Positions 43,049 to 52,000 of a stretch of DNA of 64,000 bases are shown piece after piece; position 1 is the first letter of the stretch; each line of letters starts with the position of its first letter. Where the stretch lies: positions 1-64,000 of IMG/VR virus record IMGVR_UViG_3300025133_008097; one strand, 5' to 3'. The translations under genes were made by a program, and so were the position numbers. The DNA is from a virus. The notes beneath the pieces are model-generated. The model saw nothing but the letters and a program-made list of their open reading frames with translations, searched no databases and had not been told where the DNA came from.

Positions 43049-46000
43049 ATGAGCTTTAAAAATTTATTTGACAAAGCGGAAGCGCGGACAACCTTAGCCA
43101 ACCAGTCAGCACAAGAGGTTGGCTCGGCTATTGAGTCCGAAGCGTTTCAGACACAGGACATCATCAAGGAGGAGAGATTCATCCCCGCGGTGGACTATTC
43201 TTCGGCGTCTAGCTTTGCTCGGTACGGCTCAGCCGAGATGTACTATCGAGATTCCATAGATCGTATTATTCAACAGTACCCTTACGACGGATCACTACGA
43301 GAGAGACTCCAGTGGGAGAATGATTCTACTGAAATCGACCTTTATTTATATGACAATCTATATCCTCGTTCGACCGGCTATATTTTGTTATCCGCCGATG
43401 GATGGGGCGCCCAAACATCAGCGGCCGACGGCTACGGTCTCCCGACATCCCCAGAATATATTTATCTGAAGGGTGGCCCCCACGCCAACCCCAACGGTAT
43501 GGAGAAACTACATCTTCAGTTTACTGGGTCCAATTACTACGATACTGGGTCCAATAGGGGATCCAACCTTAAATACGACCTTTCTGGCTCCGGCGTTACC
43601 GTGGAATTTTGGATGAAAAAAGACGCGTGGACAGGCAACACTACCAAAGAGGTAGTTCTCGATGTTTGGAATGGAAATACGATAGGGAATGGTGATTACG
43701 GCCGCCTTCGCGTGGCCCTAGATTCGGCCGCAGATGGTGGCGCGCCATTTCTAGTCACTCTCAAATCAGGCTCAAAGGGCGTCATCGATCAATCAGTAGG
43801 CAGCTCTGTAACGGTGGCTGACGAGGCCTGGCACCATTACGCTCTTACTTTCATGTCTTCCGAGACCGGAATCGACACGCGGCTTTATGTTGATGGGAAT
43901 CTAAACCAGAAAACGAAGCTCGGCTCTGACGCGCTCAATCAAGTCACGGGAGCATTACAAGGAAATATCGGTGCCTTAGTGACGACGACAGCGGGAGGTG
44001 GAGCGCAATATGCAGGAAAACTCTCGGCTTCCCTCGACGAGTTTAGGTATTGGAAGACGAAACGCACCGGCAGAGACGTCGGTCGCTTCTGGTTTACGCA
44101 AGTGGGTGGGGGCACGAACGATGACCCGATGCCGTTCGAAGATACCACAGTAACTGCCAATACTGATTTAGGCGTTTACTATAAGTTTAATGAGGGCATT
44201 ACTGGAGTTACCGCGACCGATTCTAACATTTTAGATTATTCCGGGCGAGTCACCAACGGTGCCTGGACGGGCTACTCTAGTAGTTCTCGTAATACAGGCT
44301 CGGCCATTATTTCATCCAGCGCGGCAATAAAGGAGTTCCAAGATCCAATTATCTATCCTTTTCATCCTGAGGTTGCCAGCTTACGCACAAGCCTAATTCA
44401 ATCTGGTTCGGAGCATGATGCGGATAACACCGCTATGATGTACAGTACCATACCCAGTTGGATCACTGAAGATGATTTCGAAAGTGGTGAACACGTCCGG
44501 AAACTCACACAGATTCTGTCTAGCTATTTTGATACCTTGCATCTTCAGGCCGAGTCGCTTAATAAATTAAAAGATATCGATTATGTTAGTGGGTCCAATA
44601 AGCCTACTGTTTATGGACACAGGCTTCTCTCCTCACACGGGCTTGTTACTCCCGATTTATTTGTAGACGCGAGCGTGTTGGAGAAACTGGGAGACAGGAG
44701 CGAAGATAGAGTTTTTGAAAAATCCCTATCCGAACTTAAAAATCTTATTTATCAAAACATTTATAACAACTTAAGTTATATCTATAAGTCAAAGGGCACG
44801 GAGAAGGCGTTTAGAAATCTTATTCGCGCTTTTGGAGTGGATGATGACCTGATAAAGATCAACATGTATGCCAACAATGTTGAATTTGATTTCACCACCA
44901 ATCGAAAAAACAAGGCAATAGCTAAGAAGTATGTTAATTTTAACACCATTTCCAATAGTGATGCTAGCGTTTTTCAGTTACGAAACCCGGGCGACACAGC
45001 CAACACGACAGGGTTTATATCCTCTAGTACGAATCTTACCGGCGGATATGCCGTTACTCTAGAGAGTGAGGTCTACTTTCCTAAAAAGTTTAGTCGCAGC
45101 GATGATTGGTATACCGATACCAACATCATTTCCTCATCCTTGTTTGGCGTCCACGCTACAACAACACAGCCGACCGATACTCCTGGCTCCGAACCAGCAC
45201 AGACGGATACCACTATCCCGGTAGACAACGCGACCAACTTTCAGGTGTATGCTGTTCGAGATAGCGTGGATTCTCCAAATATTCAGTTTATATTAACTGG
45301 CTCGGATGGAGGCTATGTGCCCCGGCTCACAAGCTCTTTGTTCTTGGATGTGTATAATAACAATCAGTGGAACGTGGCCGTAAAGATTAGGCCTCAACGA
45401 TATCCTTGGGTAGCTCAAGTTAGCGACGCTAGTAATGCCGGTTACTTTGTTGAGTTCGAAGGAGTCCACGTCGAAGCGGGGATTATTCTCAATAGCTTTA
45501 ATGTTACGGGCACCATCGCCGGCGGCGTCTCAGGCCTCCCAGCATTTATGAGCGGCTCCCGCCGTGTGTTCTTGGGCTCTAACAAAACCAACGTTACCGG
45601 AGCAACCCTTCAGCGAAGCGACACCAAGATAGGGTCATGTAGGCTCTGGCTCGATAACCTTACCACTGAAGAGATGCAAGCGCATGCTCTAGATCCTCAA
45701 AACTATGGTCGAACTAATTCCGGGATGTATGCCTTCCCGTTCCAGTCTTCTGCTAGTTACGGAGATATTCCGGCCTGTGATACTCTTCTGTTGAATTGGA
45801 ATTTTAACCAAAATACTGGATCAAATGCGGACGGAGGGTTTAGGGTTGCTGATCTTTCCTCCGGATCGGCCTCTCGATCGGGCAGTGCGGGATGGCTTAG
45901 TAACCTTCTTTATATGCAGCACCCTGGCTCCGGCTCGGAGTTCGAGGCATCGAGCACTTCTGTCACAGATAAAGATTTTGTAATAACGTCAAAACAAAAT

Positions 46001-49000
46001 CTACCAGAGGCCCTAGAGTCTTCCGATATGATTACTGTTTTGTCACAACAAGATGATGTTGAATTCACGATCGACTCGCGTCCAACCAATTACTTCTTAG
46101 CTTTCGAGAAGAGCATGCAACAAGCGATCTCAGAAGAGATGATAAATTATTTTGCTTCGTTAAGTGATCTGAATACCCTTATTGGCGCGCCAGTTAATCT
46201 ATATAGGCCCCACTATAAAGGTCTTAATTTTGTTAAACAACAGTTTTTTGAAACCGTCTCAAATGACGAGATCGATTTTGAGAAGTTCTTTGAATATTAT
46301 AAATGGATCGATGATGCATTAAGTACTTTCTTGGCTCAATTGGCTCCCGTATCTTTGGACTTTGATCCTAACATTCGTACTCTAATTGAGAGTCATATCC
46401 TTGAAAGAAGTAAATATCAACATAAGTTCCCCTTCCTGGCCAAGTCAGAACCTGATATATCTGGAACGATTGGGACAATCGCCTCTCCCATAACGGTCAA
46501 CTCTATTATTAATGACGCCCAGGGGACTGGTATTGAATCAGCCCACGCGCCCACGAAGCGAGTCACCGGGATGCCGAACACTTCACTGCTTAATAGTTGG
46601 AAGTATGATCATGCGCCTCTCCCCACGGCTTCTTGGGTCGACGGCGCTCGCCCACAGCAGGACGCAGGCTCTTTGGCCTGGTGGCAAAACCGTGCCGTAC
46701 GAGGTGGTGACGCCGAACTCATGGTTTTAAATGCCACCGGAGGCATGCCTTCTGGTGCTTTGGCTGACCGCCAGGTCCTCCTTAACGCGATCAAGGCCTC
46801 CAACAGTCGCACCCTTAACCGCCCCTATAAATTCAGCGGCGGAGGCTCTGTGGTCCTTGGAGGCGTCGCACAGCACATCAATAAGCGCAAAGACTTTGTG
46901 TATGATGCGACAACTCCCATGGGCCCCGTCGTCGGAACCTCTAGCGTACCACAGAATATTATGGTCGCCGTCTCCGGAGATGTTGAGCAACTTATTAACA
47001 CCAGCGATGTTTACTTCCCTTCCCAGAAGAGCCGCCTTGGATTCGGTATAAATCCTTCCATTAATATTGGCAACACTTCATCGGTTCAGTTTTATAGTGA
47101 TTATCCCATTGTGGGCGACGGCGCCACCCTTGCGCCCTTCAGCCTCTACAGCTCTTCAATTGATGATGAGCTAGCAACCGAAATGAGCGCCTTTACGGGT
47201 AGTACTATCATTACGAATATGCACGCTGATTTAGCCTCAACACGGACGGATATTCCGATGCAGGGCCCCTTTACAGAGAAATTTGTGGGCGGCCGAGAGC
47301 ATCGCCACATTCGTCTTAATGAATTTAGTTCAAAGAATCCGGCCTTTAATGGCCTAGACACTAGAGAAAATCGCCCGGAAGGTTTCCGGGTGATGATGGG
47401 CTACGAGTTAACCGGCGCAACGGGAACTACGAGTCCTTGGAAGTCGACCCCCGGGCGCCTACAAGTCGTAGGCCCTCAGTATCCCGAAATAGATACGGCC
47501 GCAGGAATATCCAATCTTTCTGATAGACCCAAAGCTAATCTTTCGCGGGTGGAATATGCCAAGCGCCCCGTAAACATCAAGAACATCAAGATGACAACCG
47601 GCTCCCTAAGCCAGTCTATGTCTGGCACAATCGATCATAATAGAATTGGTAACTACTCCAAGAACTATGAGGTTATTCAAACTGCTGGTCGTTCTCAAAA
47701 CGATCCATTCTTCCAAGATCAGTCGTTCGATTTTGCTCTTTATCCCGAGACCCTTGCAACAAGAGGCCGATTTCCGTTGGAAAACCCGCGCCATGGCGCC
47801 CTTTATTTCGCGGACGGTACTAATTCTACATACGCGGACGGCACGTTGGTCGGCTCTGGTACTTTCTTGGATACAATTATGGGAGGCGCCGAAGCGGCCC
47901 TCAAGCCGCATGCAGTCTCGATGTGGATATATGCGGACTCGTCAGGAACCGATGATAATATATTCTTTAGTGTGGCTGAAAACGCCGTTTCGACCGGCCG
48001 CTACTTTCGAATCTTCAACGTCCAGAGTGATCCTTATCTGTACGCCTGGCTAGGGACCGATGCCGTCTGCCAAAGCACGACTGGCCAATTTCAACAGGAT
48101 GCGTGGAATCATATTGCTTTTGTTACATCTGGTGGCGTCGACCATGGCGGAGACCTCAGTACGTATTGGTATATCAATGGAGTTGATGCCACGAATTCCT
48201 CCACGGCAGGAACCCCTAAGGCCATCACCGCGGACCAGAAGATGTGGTTGGGAGTCTATGGGTACAACATGGCCTACGACTTTTACCCGGGTTATGTATG
48301 TGATTTTGCTATTTGGGAGGCTTGTTTATCCCCAGACAACGTACAAGAAATATATAATAAGGGACGACGTTGGGATTTAGAGTCCAGCACCATCTCTAAT
48401 CAGCTAGCACTCTGGTCTTCCTTTGGCTCTTCGAATCTCAGTTCTGATTGGCGCCGCAATCCAAACGGCAACAGCCCTGCTGGTTTTAATGGCGGCAAGT
48501 ATGGGGGAGGCAACAACACTTGGCGAGTCGGCGGTAGTGAAGAATACCGAGAGTTGAGTGGCGCACTGAACCTTATGTGGACCGGCGGCCAGACACAAGT
48601 CCTTAGTGGCAACCTAGATTATGCTATCCCCGCGCGCACCGGTTCGGACTCCAATCAATCTATCATCGTTAATCGCTTTAATGCGCCCGGCGGCTGGGAT
48701 GTTTCATCTCAGGGTTATATGGACCCCGCGCATGAAGAGTATTCTGTTTATAACGCGTTGCCGTTCAGAAATCGCCATGTGATTAATTATGGCGTATCCG
48801 GAAGTGCCAGTGCGCCTCCCTCGGGCTCCACTATCATCGTTCAGGATCAGATCGATCGCCCCCGGGGCTTAGATCAGCTCTGGACGCTCCACACGGGCCG
48901 CTACGGCGCCGACGCTGCCTTCGGAGAGGTAACGCTCGCAGAGGTCCAGCAGAACGCCAACCTGACCGTTACAAAGCCCTCCTTCCATAAGATTCAGAGG

Positions 49001-52000
49001 AACGCGAAGAAGCGCGTCGTTATTACGGGCTCCTTCGTTGCTCCCCCCGCCGCAACAGATCAGCCTCTTTCCACCGGATCGAGTTATGACAATCTTTTTG
49101 TGCAGCACCCAGTTCCCCGCGCAGATAGGAATTACGCCTGGATAACAGCATCGATGTTTCCTCATGCTGCCTTTTATGGGTACGACCAAAAGGTTTTGCC
49201 CTTTAGTGGTTCCACCAAAGTTTATGAGTTAGCAAGAGCAATTGTTACAGGCCCCAGCGGCTCGTCCGGGTCTTCTTATGTAACCGCCTCGTACCCGTTT
49301 GGCACCGGCTCAGACGTAGACAAGTCCACTTATGCACCGTCCGTTGAGCCTCCCTATACCACGTTGTATGTAAGTGGTAATATCAACTTCGCCGGCTTCG
49401 CGTATGATGAATATGCTACCCGCTATGTTAATTTAGAGACTCATACCTTAGAGCCTCCGATATATATGCCCAACAATCACTCCTATTTGATGTCAGGAAG
49501 TGGTGAGGATGCTTTTGCGGAAACCTCTCTTTATAAAGCAGGAGGCCCGGGCGCTTGGAGAGAAATGGGCGCACGTAACGGAACAACCCTCCCCTCCAGC
49601 AACGCTGCCTTTACCGTGGCTTGGTGGCAAAAATTTGATTTGACAGGAAGTACGGGAATCGTGAACCAGGATGACGACCCTGGCGCCGACCTAGATTATA
49701 TGACTCCATGGCAATGGACAAACCGATGGGGCACATCTTCGAGGCGTAGATTTTGGTTCAAGTGGTATGGAGGTCTGGCCGTACCCTATTTCTTTATAGA
49801 TGGACCGTACGCTTCGCTGGGTGTCGGCGACGGAGAAATTCGGCCCACCAGCGCCATCAACTACTTGCGCTCGGGCCTATGGTATCATCTCGCTGCTACC
49901 TTTGATGGTATCGACCCCGACGGCGCCAATACCGAAGATCATATGAAAATATATATTAATGGCCGCGCCATAACAACAACAGTGGAAGAGGAATTGAAGG
50001 CGCCCTATGGTATTGATGGCCCCCTTTGGATTGGCGGGTCCAGACATAACTGCCACCCCTTTGTAGGAAATTTAGATGAAATGCAGGTCTATAATCGCGA
50101 CCTGTCGGCCCCTGAGATCCGAGATCTCTTTGAGCGCGCCGGCACAAACTTCTTTGGCGCCCCAAACCTCAAAGACAGTATGATGTCATGGTGGAGATTC
50201 GGCACCACTCCTGGCGACAGTGTCTCCGTAATCCAAGACACGATTAGGAATAATGACGCCATACAGTACTATACTAGTGGCGTAGTCTCAATTTCGGATG
50301 CCGTCCCCGCCTCTGGATCCGATGGCGCGCAGGGGAATTTGGACGTTTCCGTGGTGACTCCCACGGGCCCTGGTTCATATAATGCTAGCGCCTCCTATGG
50401 TCTGTATGCTATCACCGGCGCATTTTGGAGTAATTCATCTATCACTTTCAATCAGACAATGCTAAACCTTAACGGGCCATATCAGCATCCCAGCTGGAAG
50501 CAGATTCGCACAGGCGAACACCCCGTCGCTCGAAAGATGAGAGAAACTAATCGCATCTCGGTATCTGATCGGCCGCCTATGGTTGCAATATATCGCGCTG
50601 GCGCTGCTGATCCAATTAATGTCGTCCGCGCGAAGAAACCTCAGGGATTTACCGATTATGTTGAATCGCCGGTCGTCAGTCGTTATAAGCCACTGGTAGC
50701 GGCCTTTGAGGACTTATCTGAAAGTCCAGTCCCCGGCACCCGCGTTCAAATGAAGGTGGCGTGGGGAAACAATATTACTTATTTTACCCATAATGGGCTC
50801 AATAGCCGCCTCAACTTAGAAGTGGATCCCGCCGAAGAACAGGCGTATAACGGCGTCCGACAATTCATCAATAGCGAGAGTGAGAATCTGGGGGCCTATG
50901 TCTCTTACGGAGAACAAATATATCCAGCTGAAGCGAATGCATACAGGCAACAAGTGCGCTCGCGACTACATTATAAAATCGACAATATATGGGCCAACAA
51001 CAGAGCTGATCGGACATATCCTGTGACAAATTCACAGGGGTATTGGGACAATATCGGCCGCGCCCAAGATGGTGGGCCTGAGTCCCCTTGGCCACTTGAC
51101 ACTCCTATGTATATTACGTCTACTACATCATCGACCGGGTATCGTCCGAGCTATGTTACGGCCTTCTCTTTCCTCAACTCCGGAGGCGGCTTCGTTCGAT
51201 CTACCGCTTCTGTTTTTCTTTCAGGAGGCCTGGGCCCCGATGGCATCTCCTTCTATGGCGGCTTTAGTAACACCGGAATGCTACCCGGGAATTTTGCATC
51301 GAATATGCATAATTCCGTTGGTAGTGGAACTGGCTCCGGCGGCGGCGAGCTTCAAAACACTTATAATTTCTGGATGAGAAAGCCCGGGCCAACAGCGCGC
51401 GTAGCCGGCACCACGGACTCCCTAGGCGGCTGGATGACTGGCACCCTCCACCCAGCCGCCTCTTATATCCGTCCTATTCTCGAAGTCGGCCGCGCCGTCG
51501 TTCCCGGCGAAGCTGCCGAACTCGGTGGTCGCCGATTTGCCGCGTCCCTACAAGTCGGCTTTCACCCATGGGTGGCACCACAACAGAGCGGTCTTTCCCC
51601 GTACCGCCCCTATGATGAATATGCTCAGAACTTGCGTACTGCTGGTAAGGAGTACAGCATCGTCCCGGAATTTAGAATTAGCGAACATTTGGAAAACTAT
51701 TTTGGTTCGACCAGAAAAGAGCGCGCCACAAATGGCTTTTTATCCAGATTAACAAATCTTATAGAATTAACAGGTGCGACGGCGGCCGCAGACTCTAACG
51801 CCCGATTTTATAAGACCTACAGTAACAGTGATTTCTTAGAATTGTTTAAGATTGTGGATGAAGACTTCCGCGAAGAGCGAAAACCTTCTCGTTCCCGATC
51901 AGAAGACGACCCCGAAGCTCCAACTCTTCGCTCTCTGGACCTCCAACGCCATGGCACAACCCTTAAGGCATCCGCTTTCCTTTCCTTCTTGCCTTATAAG

